A stretch of DNA of 36,053 nt from a virus. The stretch is taken from positions 1 to 36,053 of the IMG/VR virus record IMGVR_UViG_3300020000_000006; one strand, 5' to 3'. Shown here in pieces: positions 17,106 to 26,814 of this stretch; the first letter of the stretch is position 1, and each line of letters starts with the position of its first letter. A program made the position numbers and the translations under genes. The notes beneath the pieces were generated by a model that was not told the DNA's origin, did not search any database, and was given only the letters and a program-made list of their open reading frames with translations.

Positions 17106-17693
17106 ATGTTTGACACTCGACTAGACGAAAATAATCCAGCTAATTACGCTAATGCCGAGCTAAATAAAATACCTGGTATTTTTAGAAAATATTATCAGCC
17201 TTATATGGAGCAAGGCCAGCAAGTTGATCCGCAACTCATGCAGCAATATTCGCAAATGTTTGGCAGTCCTGGAGAGTTCTTTAATCAACTTGGTCAAGGC
17301 TATCAGCAATCACCAGGATATCAATATGCTTTGCAACAAGCACTAGGTGCAAGCGGAAATGCAGCAGCAGCAGGAGGCCTTTTAGGAACGCCACAACATC
17401 AAGAACAAAACATGATGGCTGCACAAGGCTTGGCGTCACAGGACTATCAGAAATATATAGACAATCTAATGTCCACGCTAGGACTCGGTGCCCAAGGACT
17501 TGGACAATTTAGCCAACGTGGCTTTGAAGCTGGTACTGGTCTTGGATCAGGATTAGCCAACGTGCAATCACAAAAAGCACAATATCAGTATGGCGGAAAA
17601 GCTGCGGAAAATGCAGCCAAAGAAGCAAGAAGAAATTCATTAATATCTGGTATAGGAGGTATTGCTAGTGGCCTTGGTAGTTTATTCTTATAA
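17106..17693 (+). CDS. Gly/Gln-rich internal virion (ejection) protein candidate
   Basis: 195 aa, low-complexity Q/G-rich with a hydrophobic C-terminus (ISGIGGIASGLGSLFL). Its position and size are analogous to P22 gp7. Confidence 0.5.
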   Translation: MFDTRLDENNPANYANAELNKIPGIFRKYYQPYMEQGQQVDPQLMQQYSQMFGSPGEFFNQLGQGYQQSPGYQYALQQALGASGNAAAAGGLLGTPQHQEQNMMAAQGLASQDYQKYIDNLMSTLGLGAQGLGQFSQRGFEAGTGLGSGLANVQSQKAQYQYGGKAAENAAKEARRNSLISGIGGIASGLGSLFL

Positions 17694-17704
17694 GGAGTTG
17701 AGAC

Positions 17705-18868
17705 ATGCCATTTAATTATCAGCCACTTGGAATACCATTTAAATTATCTGCTGCGGAATCTGGAACTTCTGCGCCTGATTATGTTGAGAATCTATTAAAA
17801 GGATTTAAAGCAGGAATGACGCCTAGATTAATGGCAGATGAATTATTAAAGAATAAATTACAAAATCAGATAAATTCGGCTAAGGCTAAATATGCTGAAC
17901 AAAATGAACTTTCAAATATTGAGCATAAGAAAGCAGGCATAGGCCTTACAAATGCACAAATTCAGCGTGCACAAGCAGATATTGGATTGATGCCTTATAG
18001 ACAAGCATTATTAAAAGCTCAAACACAAAGAGCCAATCAACCTATGTTATCTGGAGTTGCAAAAGAGGCTTTTGCATTAGAAGATTTAAAAAATAGATTT
18101 GGTGAGAATAGCGATGTATATCAAAGAGCAAAGCAATCATTTGATTTACAACAGCAATCTTCTCAACAATTAAATTCTTATAGACAAGCATTACAAGAAA
18201 CTATGAGCAAAAGAACCTCTACTAATCTTGGAAAAACACAACAAGAATTATCTGAGATTGAATCAGGATTTATGCCTGGTTCAAATGGAAGAATTCCGTT
18301 AACTCCAGAGCAACAAAATTCATTACGTGGGCAATATGAGTTAAAACTAGTAAAAGAAACTTCGGACGTTGATACACGGAAAAGAGCAGCATTCGCATCA
18401 AATATAGATAAAACATTAGACAACATTGATGTAAAAGACTTGACGCAATATGGTGGTTTATTAGGTGGAATAGATAAAAAGATTCAAGAAGGAAGGGCTC
18501 TTACCGGTACTGAATCTAAATCTTATGATAAATTTCAAGAAGCATTGACTGGCGCTAAGTTGCTAGCTAAACAAGTTAGGCAATTCTATGGTGATTCTAT
18601 TACGCCACAAATTCAAGAACAATTATCTATGCTTACAAATCCTGCTAGTTGGACTAACAATCCTAAAATAGCAGCCAATAATTTCAATAAATTTAAAAAT
18701 ATTCTTGCATCAGAAACTGATACTTATAGGAATTTGACTAAAAATGCTGGTGAATATAGAGGAAAATCTTCTAATCAACAAATGATAACCATTAGAAATT
18801 CTAAAACTGGTGAATCAAGAACAGTTAGCTTGGAAGAAGCGCGTAAATTAGGAGTTCCAAATGTCTGA
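17705..18868 (+). CDS. Internal virion (ejection) protein candidate
   Basis: 387-aa helical Q-rich protein, positionally analogous to P22 gp20. Confidence 0.5.
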   Translation: MPFNYQPLGIPFKLSAAESGTSAPDYVENLLKGFKAGMTPRLMADELLKNKLQNQINSAKAKYAEQNELSNIEHKKAGIGLTNAQIQRAQADIGLMPYRQALLKAQTQRANQPMLSGVAKEAFALEDLKNRFGENSDVYQRAKQSFDLQQQSSQQLNSYRQALQETMSKRTSTNLGKTQQELSEIESGFMPGSNGRIPLTPEQQNSLRGQYELKLVKETSDVDTRKRAAFASNIDKTLDNIDVKDLTQYGGLLGGIDKKIQEGRALTGTESKSYDKFQEALTGAKLLAKQVRQFYGDSITPQIQEQLSMLTNPASWTNNPKIAANNFNKFKNILASETDTYRNLTKNAGEYRGKSSNQQMITIRNSKTGESRTVSLEEARKLGVPNV

Positions 18869-20720
18869 TTGGGTAATTGATGATGGCAATAATGCTTCTG
18901 ACTGGCAAGTAGTAAATCATGATCAAGAAATTCCAGAGGAAGAACAATCATTTCTAAATAAATTACCAAGAAACATTGCATCAGGACTATTGGAAGGCGG
19001 AAGAGGGATATTAAATGTTCCTCATCAACTTAAAGAATTAACTGGCGGTCATTTATTTACGAAAGCACCTTACTTTGAACCTACTAATTTTCAACAAATG
19101 GTTGGCCTTAAAAAAGAGCCAACACTTTCAGATAAATTAATACAGGGCTTAGCGCAATTTGCTCCCGCATTAGCAGCGCCAGAGGCAGCATTAGGCCGTT
19201 TTGGTCAGGCTATAGAATCAATTCCTAAAGCTGGAAGATTTTTGCATCCGGCAGCAAGGCAAGCCGTTCCACAAGCAGCTTATGGAGCCACACAAAATGA
19301 AAACCCATTAACTGGCGCTATAGAAAGTGGAGCAGGTAGCCTAGTTGGCTCTGGTGTTGTTAAAGGATTTGAGTCATTAATTAATAAATTAAAACCTTCC
19401 TCTTTATTCAAAGGAAATTTAACTCCTGAACAATTATCTAGAAATCTTGAAGTTACAAAAGGAACTGAAACAAATTTAGGTCGTGTTTTAGAATCACCTA
19501 CATTAAATAGACTTTATGAAAATATTTTGCCTCATGTTATTGGTTCCGGTGCTGAAAAGACTATGCAGCGCACAGGAAATAAATTAATTGATGAAGGCGC
19601 AAACATATTAGAAGGTTTAGGCAAATCTACAAATGTGGCAGATTATGGAATTAAAATACAAGATGCATTAAAAAAACTATCTTCACAAGCAAGAAATGAA
19701 AAAAATAAAATGTATGAAAATTTAAATAAACTTACAGAAAAAGAAGGATTAAAAATAGGAAGAGAAGAATTTCAGCAATCAGCAAAAAATATATTACAAG
19801 ATATTAATAAAAGTCCTGAATTGAAAGCTGAATTTGGAAAAGAATTGTTAAATGATATAAATAGATATGCAAGAAATACCGCAGGGAATAATTTAAAATT
19901 AACTAATATTTTTAGAAGCAAATTAGGTGATAAAGCTAATGAGCTGTATCAGGCAGGCAAAATGCATGAATATAACCTTGTTAATGACCTAAAAGAATCG
20001 CTAACAAAAGATATTGAGAATTCTATTAATAAATCAGGAAAGGAAGAGATTAAAGATGCGTATCAGAATGCACAAAAAAATTATTCGCAAAACTTTGCAC
20101 CATTTGAAGATAAAGAAATCGTCAAATTTACCAGAAAAGGCGGTGACCCTGATTTAATAGTTAGTCATTTTATCAGAGGTGGAAAAAATGATAGGTCAAC
20201 TATTCTGCGCAAATTAACACAATTACCACAAGAAGACTCAAATAATTTAAAAGAAATGTTAGCATCTGCATACCTCTCAAAGTCAGTAAATGATTCAGGT
20301 TTAGTGAATCCGTTAAAATTTAAAACATTATACGATAAATTAGGAAAAAATCAAAAAGAAGCTTTATTCGGAGGAACAAATGCAGAACAAGCTATAAAAA
20401 AATATAGCGAACTCGTTGGAAAGAATAAAGAATCATTTAATTTAATGTTTAATCCTAAAACAGGTGCTAGAAACACAGATTTAATTGCAAAAATTAGCCA
20501 GGTTGGCGGTGGTTTAACTGCTGGTTTGCCTGGATTAGCTGCATCATTAGGAATAGGAGCTACTTTAGGTAAAGGCGCAACAAAATTATTAACCTCTGAG
20601 AAAATAAGAGAAAAATTAATTAATGCAATGTTAAAGAATAAAAAAACAGATTTAACTAAAACTAAAAAGATGCTGCCAAAGATATCAGCATCTTTAGGAA
20701 ATTTAAATAATAATGAATAA
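18861..20720 (+). CDS. Large internal virion (ejection) protein candidate
   Basis: 619 aa with a hydrophobic segment near the C-terminus (VGGGLTAGLPGLAASLGIGATLG). Positionally analogous to P22 gp16. Confidence 0.5.
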   Translation: MSDWVIDDGNNASDWQVVNHDQEIPEEEQSFLNKLPRNIASGLLEGGRGILNVPHQLKELTGGHLFTKAPYFEPTNFQQMVGLKKEPTLSDKLIQGLAQFAPALAAPEAALGRFGQAIESIPKAGRFLHPAARQAVPQAAYGATQNENPLTGAIESGAGSLVGSGVVKGFESLINKLKPSSLFKGNLTPEQLSRNLEVTKGTETNLGRVLESPTLNRLYENILPHVIGSGAEKTMQRTGNKLIDEGANILEGLGKSTNVADYGIKIQDALKKLSSQARNEKNKMYENLNKLTEKEGLKIGREEFQQSAKNILQDINKSPELKAEFGKELLNDINRYARNTAGNNLKLTNIFRSKLGDKANELYQAGKMHEYNLVNDLKESLTKDIENSINKSGKEEIKDAYQNAQKNYSQNFAPFEDKEIVKFTRKGGDPDLIVSHFIRGGKNDRSTILRKLTQLPQEDSNNLKEMLASAYLSKSVNDSGLVNPLKFKTLYDKLGKNQKEALFGGTNAEQAIKKYSELVGKNKESFNLMFNPKTGARNTDLIAKISQVGGGLTAGLPGLAASLGIGATLGKGATKLLTSEKIREKLINAMLKNKKTDLTKTKKMLPKISASLGNLNNNE

Positions 20721-20730
20721 ATTTTATAAA

Positions 20731-21285
20731 TTATTTATGTTTTTCTAAATATGCTATAGAACTTTTTAATATATCTATTGATTCTTTAGCTGATCCTAAA
20801 ATATGATTACATGTATTGCAAAGAAGTTCTCTTATTTTTCCAGTAATATGACAATGATCTACACCCAAAACCCTAGGACATTCTTTAAGATTTCTTCCAC
20901 TTTTTGATGTTTCTGGACAATTACATATTGCACATAGATTATTTTGTTTTTCCACCATATGATTAAACTCTTCTATGGTTATCCCATATCTATTTTTTAA
21001 ATGATTTCTTTTTTTATAATATTCTCTTTGGCTATTTAGAACTCTGCATACATTGCAATATGCTGTTCTTAATTTTTTATCATGATTTGAAAATTCTTCA
21101 ATATTCTTATCTATTTTACATCTAGAACATTTTCTAATATTTTTTATTTCATCATATTCTAAATATCTAAATATTCTTGCTTGTTCACGTCTGCATATTC
21201 TGCAATTTTTATTTCCATTTTTTCTTACATAAATATCTTTTTCTTCTAATTTACCATGTCTAAAACAATTTTTTTCAATAGTCAT
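20731..21285 (-). CDS. Endonuclease VII (T4 gp49) family nuclease with N-terminal Cys-pair zinc ribbons
   Basis: YGITIEEFNHMVEKQNNLCAICN...VLGVDHCHITGKIRELLCNTCNHILG is the signature of the Endonuclease_7 family. Additional CxxC pairs lie N-terminally. Confidence 0.85.
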   Translation of the reverse strand: MTIEKNCFRHGKLEEKDIYVRKNGNKNCRICRREQARIFRYLEYDEIKNIRKCSRCKIDKNIEEFSNHDKKLRTAYCNVCRVLNSQREYYKKRNHLKNRYGITIEEFNHMVEKQNNLCAICNCPETSKSGRNLKECPRVLGVDHCHITGKIRELLCNTCNHILGSAKESIDILKSSIAYLEKHK

Positions 21286-21429
21286 TTTAATACTTCTCTA
21301 GTATTTCTCAATAATAAGGCAAATCAGATTGGTGAGATCCAATTTTTCGGTAGCTAACCTAGATTTGCAACGTGATAATATCATGCAATTGGTTTATAAT
21401 ATATTTAAATTACGTTTACAGGATGTAAC

Positions 21430-23625
21430 GTGCCCTCTTTAGATCCAAGATTCGTTTTGATGCCTAGTCTACAAGATTATTTCGTAGACAAAGATTCCGG
21501 CTTTCCTTTATCAGCGGGTGTTGTAACATTCTATGTAGATGATGGTTCTGGCTCTAGCTCTGTATTAAAACCTATCTATGAGTTAAGTTTATCACCATCT
21601 AACGAATATATTTATACCCAATTAAATAACCCAGTAACCCTTACCAGTATTGGAACTTTTGCTGATGATAATGGCAATGATATTTTACCTTATTTATATC
21701 CCTATGAAGGCTCGCCAACCGATGCCGTTACCGGCGCTATAGAACTATATTATATAACGGTAGATTCATCGGGTGGTGTAAGGCAATTTACACGTTCAGC
21801 ATTTCCTAATGTAACCGATACTCCTACACCGCAAGAAGAAAATCTTGCAACAAACAATGAGCTATCTAATCCACAATTTGTTGAAGTATCATTTAGCCCA
21901 TTAACAAATAATATATTTACGGTAAGTGGTGCTCTCTCCATACCTGTAGCCCCATCATGGTATATAGATGCTACAGGCTCAGGAACTATTACAGTAACAA
22001 GACTAGATATAACCGATGAACTGCCATCAAACCCACCATTTACATTAAAATTACAATGCGCTGGAAGTCTTACAGGGAATGTTTTCTTACGACAACGTCT
22101 AGATAATTCTCCAAGATTATTTGCTGATGGTTTTGTATCCGGTTATTTTATAGCTGCATGTAATGACTCAACTGGATATCCTCTTGCATTAAGTTATAGG
22201 GCTTCAAATAGTCAATCTGTAATTATTTGCTCAGGAAGTACTACTAATAATAATTTATATACTGAAATAGCAGGCGTAACCAGTACAGCAAGCATCACAA
22301 ATAATGACCCTGGTTCAACAGGCTATATAGATATAATATTAACTATACCGACAACGTGTAATATAAATGTATCAAGCTTTCAAATATGCGGTGTTGAATC
22401 TTTAAGTTCTATTACTCCATTCTTACAAGAATCTACAGCACGACAAAAAGACCATTTATTTCATTATTATGAAGACTCTATTTTAATACAACCCAAAGAT
22501 TCTATTTTGGTTGGCTGGGATTTTGCATTAAATCCGTGGCAATTTTCTCCAAAGAATGTAATAAATTTCCCTTATACTCCGGGAACTATTGGCTATTGCG
22601 CAGACCAAACTATTATAAAAACTGAAATAGCCGATAGTATTCTAGTAGGTAAAGCCATAGGTAATCCAGACGCTGGATATTTGGAAATTGTTGCTCGTGC
22701 AGCAGTTACCCAAGGGCAAATAGCTATCATACAATATATAGATAAATATTCAGCAGCACCCTATTTCAATAACATTTTATCTTCCTTAGTTAGAATTAGA
22801 ATGCAATCTGGTGCTGCTACTACCATTAGATTTAAAATGCGCTTAATAACAAGTGCTACAGCTCCGGCAACTTTGGCAGCAGGAGAGCCAATAACCGGCT
22901 GGGATTTGAATAAAAATCCTGTATTTTCTGCGCAATGGCAAGCAATTGTTCCCCAAAACGATCCTGTCTATGTCGTAGGAGATACTATCCCTGATGACTC
23001 TTATGCATTTAATAATTTTATATTGCCTGATTATTCTACTATGCGCTATATTGGTGTTGTTCTATATACTTTAGACCCACTGAGCAATTCTGTTCCTGAT
23101 ATTTTGTTGATTCGCGATATATCATTAGTTCCCAATGAATTCGCTCTTGACGTAAATCCTAAAACATACGATCAAGTATTAAGAGAATGCGAGTTTTACT
23201 ATGAAAAAACTTATCTTGATGGCAATATAGCAGGCGCTGCTACCACAGTTGGTTCATTATATGCCATACAAGATATTAGCACTGGATTATCTACTGATGT
23301 TAGGCCAAGGGGATTTGGTGCAAGTTTCTGTACTGAGAAGTGTATAATCCCTACTTTAACATTTTATTCAGTTGCAGGCACAATTAACACGGTCACCGCA
23401 CATGCAGCTTGGAATTTGGCAAGTGTATTTCAATCTGGTTCAGGCGATACTACTTCAGTGACAACTACTATTTGGGATCAATCTGTATCAACAACCAGTT
23501 TTTCAAATACCGTGAAACAGGCATTTAATTATGCAAGTATCTTTCATATTGCAACGGCTGGTACTAGCACGTATGAAGGATGGATAAACTATCATTACAC
23601 AGCTGATGCAAGATTAGGGCAATAA
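21430..23625 (+). CDS. Tail fibre/tailspike with an N-terminal virion-anchor domain and two copies of the NPWQ..YY module
   Basis: GTG start with AGGA 6 nt upstream. The N-terminus YFVDKDSGFPLSAGVVTFYV..NPVTLTSIGTF follows the common tailspike head-binding pattern. Internal modules are shared with 25684 and 26815. Confidence 0.65.
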   Translation: MPSLDPRFVLMPSLQDYFVDKDSGFPLSAGVVTFYVDDGSGSSSVLKPIYELSLSPSNEYIYTQLNNPVTLTSIGTFADDNGNDILPYLYPYEGSPTDAVTGAIELYYITVDSSGGVRQFTRSAFPNVTDTPTPQEENLATNNELSNPQFVEVSFSPLTNNIFTVSGALSIPVAPSWYIDATGSGTITVTRLDITDELPSNPPFTLKLQCAGSLTGNVFLRQRLDNSPRLFADGFVSGYFIAACNDSTGYPLALSYRASNSQSVIICSGSTTNNNLYTEIAGVTSTASITNNDPGSTGYIDIILTIPTTCNINVSSFQICGVESLSSITPFLQESTARQKDHLFHYYEDSILIQPKDSILVGWDFALNPWQFSPKNVINFPYTPGTIGYCADQTIIKTEIADSILVGKAIGNPDAGYLEIVARAAVTQGQIAIIQYIDKYSAAPYFNNILSSLVRIRMQSGAATTIRFKMRLITSATAPATLAAGEPITGWDLNKNPVFSAQWQAIVPQNDPVYVVGDTIPDDSYAFNNFILPDYSTMRYIGVVLYTLDPLSNSVPDILLIRDISLVPNEFALDVNPKTYDQVLRECEFYYEKTYLDGNIAGAATTVGSLYAIQDISTGLSTDVRPRGFGASFCTEKCIIPTLTFYSVAGTINTVTAHAAWNLASVFQSGSGDTTSVTTTIWDQSVSTTSFSNTVKQAFNYASIFHIATAGTSTYEGWINYHYTADARLGQ

Positions 23626-23656
23626 TTTTAAATAAGAAATAATAAAAGGATTTATT

Positions 23657-24016
23657 ATGTCTACAAAATTTAATATGACTCGTGACATAAATGGCTTTAA
23701 TGGTTTTGGTATCCCTTTTGGTTTAGAAGATAAATACGGCGCTTTATTAGTAGCTGGAGTTGCGCAGAGCATTGTTGTTCCTGATAATTATTCAGATTGG
23801 ATAGCCATATTTTCTTATACGCCAGGCGCTGAAGTTTGGGTAGATGGCACTACTACAGCCGTAGCTCCACCTGGTGCAGTTGGCACAACAACTGCAGAAC
23901 TTAATCCAGCTGCAAGAAAAGTGGTGGCTGGACAAACCATTAGTTTTATAACTCAAGATGCAACAACACCAAGAATTAGCATTATATTACAAGTTGTACA
24001 ACCTTATAGCAACTAG
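23657..24016 (+). CDS. Hypothetical virion/tail-associated protein
   Basis: 119-aa ORF with AAAGGA upstream, within the fibre cluster. Confidence 0.5.
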   Translation: MSTKFNMTRDINGFNGFGIPFGLEDKYGALLVAGVAQSIVVPDNYSDWIAIFSYTPGAEVWVDGTTTAVAPPGAVGTTTAELNPAARKVVAGQTISFITQDATTPRISIILQVVQPYSN

Positions 24017-24025
24017 GCAAATATC

Positions 24026-24202
24026 ATGGGCATATTAAATGTTCCACTTGGAATGAATGTTAAAAATAATCCTTTGGTATTTTCTCCTTTTGATTACGGG
24101 GAAAGTGGTAATTCATATCCTGTAGATTTACAAAAAAATTTATCTACGGAAGGATTTGTTTTTATAGTCACTGAAGATGGAACAGAAATTTTAACGGAGT
24201 AA
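24026..24202 (+). CDS. 58-aa hypothetical protein (below the ORF-track cutoff)
   Basis: MGILNVPLGMNVKNNPLVFSPFDYGESGNSYPVDLQKNLSTEGFVFIVTEDGTEILTE fills the gap exactly. The TEDG..I.TE motif also occurs in the gp10-like protein (ILATEDGDQIGTEE). Confidence 0.4.
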   Translation: MGILNVPLGMNVKNNPLVFSPFDYGESGNSYPVDLQKNLSTEGFVFIVTEDGTEILTE

Positions 24203-24206
24203 AAAA

Positions 24207-25127
24207 ATGGCTCAAGTCATAATCAGTAAATTACCGCCACTCCCAGACGGAACCGGCTCAGGAACCCCTTTAGGAACCGATTTAACGCCGGGAACTGATG
24301 TAACCGACACGACAGAAGCAGCGACAGGAACGACCAAAAAATATACACGTTCTGCGGAGTTTAATTTCTATTTAAATGCTATGGGGATAACTGTAAAAAC
24401 TGCTTGTACCGTAGCTACTACCGCAGGCTTTACCGTAACTTATGCAAATGGTGTTTTAGGCGTTGGAGCTACTCTTACTAATGCAGGGGCGCAAGCAGCA
24501 TTAATTATTGACGGTATTGCGATGGTAGTTGGCTATCGTGTTTTAGTAAAAAATCAAGCTGCGCAAGCACAAAATGGAATATATGTCGTTACCAATATAG
24601 GTTCAGGCGCTACCAACTGGATTCTAACAAGAGCTACTGATTATGATCAAGCAGCGGAAATCAATCAAGGTGATGTGGTTTTAATTAATCAAGGTATAGT
24701 AAATGCAAGTTTATTATTCCAAGAAACAGGTGCCGCTCCCTTTACCATCGGCACAACCCCAATAATATTTACCAGATATTCTATATCTACATCAAGCTTT
24801 TTATGGTTTACCATCACGGCAGCCTCACAAAGCATGACGGTAAATAATGGCTACATTGCAAATAGTGCAGGACTAGTTTCCTTATTGCTTCCTGCTACAT
24901 CAAGCATTGGAGATGAAATTGCGGTATCAGGTCTTGGTACTGGGGGATGGTCTATTACGCAAAATGCCGGTCAAAATATTCAAGTAGGTTCTGTTTCTAG
25001 TACGGTTGGTGTTGGCGGCAGTGTTTCATCTACTAATAGATATGACTCATTACGCATGGTGTGTTTACTTGCAAATACTACTTGGGCAGTTAGTGGCGGG
25101 ATACAAGGAATTGTAACAATTGTATAA
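24207..25127 (+). CDS. Tail fibre protein
   Basis: VATTAGFTVTYANGVLGVGATLTN..IDGIAMVVGYRVLVKNQAAQAQNGIYVV..WILTRATDYD is a pattern I recall from prophage tail fibres. Its C-terminal module is shared with the next gene. Confidence 0.6.
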   Translation: MAQVIISKLPPLPDGTGSGTPLGTDLTPGTDVTDTTEAATGTTKKYTRSAEFNFYLNAMGITVKTACTVATTAGFTVTYANGVLGVGATLTNAGAQAALIIDGIAMVVGYRVLVKNQAAQAQNGIYVVTNIGSGATNWILTRATDYDQAAEINQGDVVLINQGIVNASLLFQETGAAPFTIGTTPIIFTRYSISTSSFLWFTITAASQSMTVNNGYIANSAGLVSLLLPATSSIGDEIAVSGLGTGGWSITQNAGQNIQVGSVSSTVGVGGSVSSTNRYDSLRMVCLLANTTWAVSGGIQGIVTIV

Positions 25128-25147
25128 CAGTTTAAAAAGGAATTTAA

Positions 25148-25675
25148 ATGGCTACAAATACTAGTATAAATGCAAATGCCAGCACGCCATTTAGTGCACT
25201 TTATGGTGGTACAGGTGTTAGCAACACAGGAACTTGGACAAATGCCGGTAATGTAACTTTTGCAGGTGCATTTACTTTTACAGGCACAGTAACTGGGAAT
25301 ACATCAGTAACTTTTCCAACTTCAGGAACTTTAGCTACTACTACACAGGGTATAAGTTGGAGTGATGTAGCAGGAACTACACAGGCAGCAGCAGTAAATA
25401 GCGCTTATGTAATTTCAAATGCAGCTCAAACCACAGTTACATTGCCAGCAACAGCACCACTGGGATCAAGAGTAAGGGTGCAAGGCAAAGGCGCTGCGGG
25501 ATGGATTTTAGCGGCTAACGGCGCACAAACTATACAAATTGGTTCTGTAGCAACAACTGCGGGAGGCACCGTTACCTCACAAAACCAATGGGATGCTATA
25601 GAGGTAGTTTGTGTAACAGCTAATACGACCTGGGCAATGAGTCCGCCTGTAACTTCTGGTTTCACTATAGCTTAG
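25148..25675 (+). CDS. Short tail fibre protein sharing a C-terminal module with 24207..25127
   Basis: LPATAPLGSRVRVQGKGAAGWILAANGAQTIQIGSVATT..CVTANTTWAMS aligns with LPATSSIGDEIAVSGLGTGGWSITQNAGQNIQVGSVSST..CLLANTTWAVS. Confidence 0.6.
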   Translation: MATNTSINANASTPFSALYGGTGVSNTGTWTNAGNVTFAGAFTFTGTVTGNTSVTFPTSGTLATTTQGISWSDVAGTTQAAAVNSAYVISNAAQTTVTLPATAPLGSRVRVQGKGAAGWILAANGAQTIQIGSVATTAGGTVTSQNQWDAIEVVCVTANTTWAMSPPVTSGFTIA

Positions 25676-25683
25676 GAAAATAA

Positions 25684-26793
25684 ATGGCTATCAATGATTC
25701 GATAAACAATGCCTTTGCAGGCGATTATAATGCTCCAAATAAATCATCTAAAAATATAATCATGGGTGGAGATTTCACAACTAATCCATGGCAGCGTGGC
25801 ACAAGTTTTGTTTCTCCAGTTATTAATACTAATGTTGCGGATAGATTTGCTTGGGCTGTCAATGGAACAGCGGTGGTTACGATAACTAAAAATGCGGATT
25901 CACCTACTGCAGCACAATCTGGAGTATTTTCAACAAGTTGTCTGCAAATAGCAGTAACTACAGCAGACACGGTAATCGCTGCTACCGATTTTAGTTTTTT
26001 ACGCCAACGAATTGAAGGTTATGATTTTTGCAATATTGCACAAAGAAACTTTACATTGTCATTTTGGGTAAATTTTAATAAGACTGGAATTTATTGTATT
26101 AACGTTAGAAATAGCGCTGGCGATCGGAGTTTTGTATCAGAATTTACGGTTAACTCTATAAATACTTGGGAAAAGAAAACTATAAATATTTCGCCGTCGC
26201 CAACAGCTGGAACATGGAACTATACAAATGGCATAGGATTAGAGGTTGATTTTGTTTTAATGGCCGGATCTACATTTAGCACTGCCACTCTTAATGTTTG
26301 GCAAACAGGTAATTTTTTCGCAAGTACAAATCAAGTTAATGGTGTTGATTCAAATACCAATATATTTAAATTCGCGCTAATACAGATTGAAGCAGGAGAT
26401 AAAGCAACACCATTTGAACAAATTTCCGCAGAAAATGTATTGCTAAATTGCCAGAGATATTATTTTAAAACATTTCCTCAAGCTACAGTTCCTGCACAAA
26501 ATTCAGGGGTTGTATTAGGAGCTTGTACTTATATAGTGCAATTAGCAGGCGCAACAAATAATGGACAGAAAATAAGATATCCGGTGCGTATGCGTACAGC
26601 CCCTACAACTGCTGGTTTCAGTCCGTTATCTGCATCAGCTAACTGGTATAACATCACAAGAGCTGCGACTACGTCAGTTGCTACCACTATAAACGCAACG
26701 GATAGAGGAATTTATTTATCTAATGCTCAGAATGCAGCCGATGTATTGGGTAATGTATATGCGATACATTTAACAGCAACCGCAGAACTTTAA
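25684..26793 (+). CDS. Receptor-binding/tail fibre protein, paralog A
   Basis: 369 aa, collinear with the next gene (GGDFTTNPWQRG .. TPFEQ..CQRYYFKTF .. IHLTATAEL). Confidence 0.6.
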   Translation: MAINDSINNAFAGDYNAPNKSSKNIIMGGDFTTNPWQRGTSFVSPVINTNVADRFAWAVNGTAVVTITKNADSPTAAQSGVFSTSCLQIAVTTADTVIAATDFSFLRQRIEGYDFCNIAQRNFTLSFWVNFNKTGIYCINVRNSAGDRSFVSEFTVNSINTWEKKTINISPSPTAGTWNYTNGIGLEVDFVLMAGSTFSTATLNVWQTGNFFASTNQVNGVDSNTNIFKFALIQIEAGDKATPFEQISAENVLLNCQRYYFKTFPQATVPAQNSGVVLGACTYIVQLAGATNNGQKIRYPVRMRTAPTTAGFSPLSASANWYNITRAATTSVATTINATDRGIYLSNAQNAADVLGNVYAIHLTATAEL

Positions 26794-26814
26794 TAAATTG
26801 CAAAAGGATTTTCA

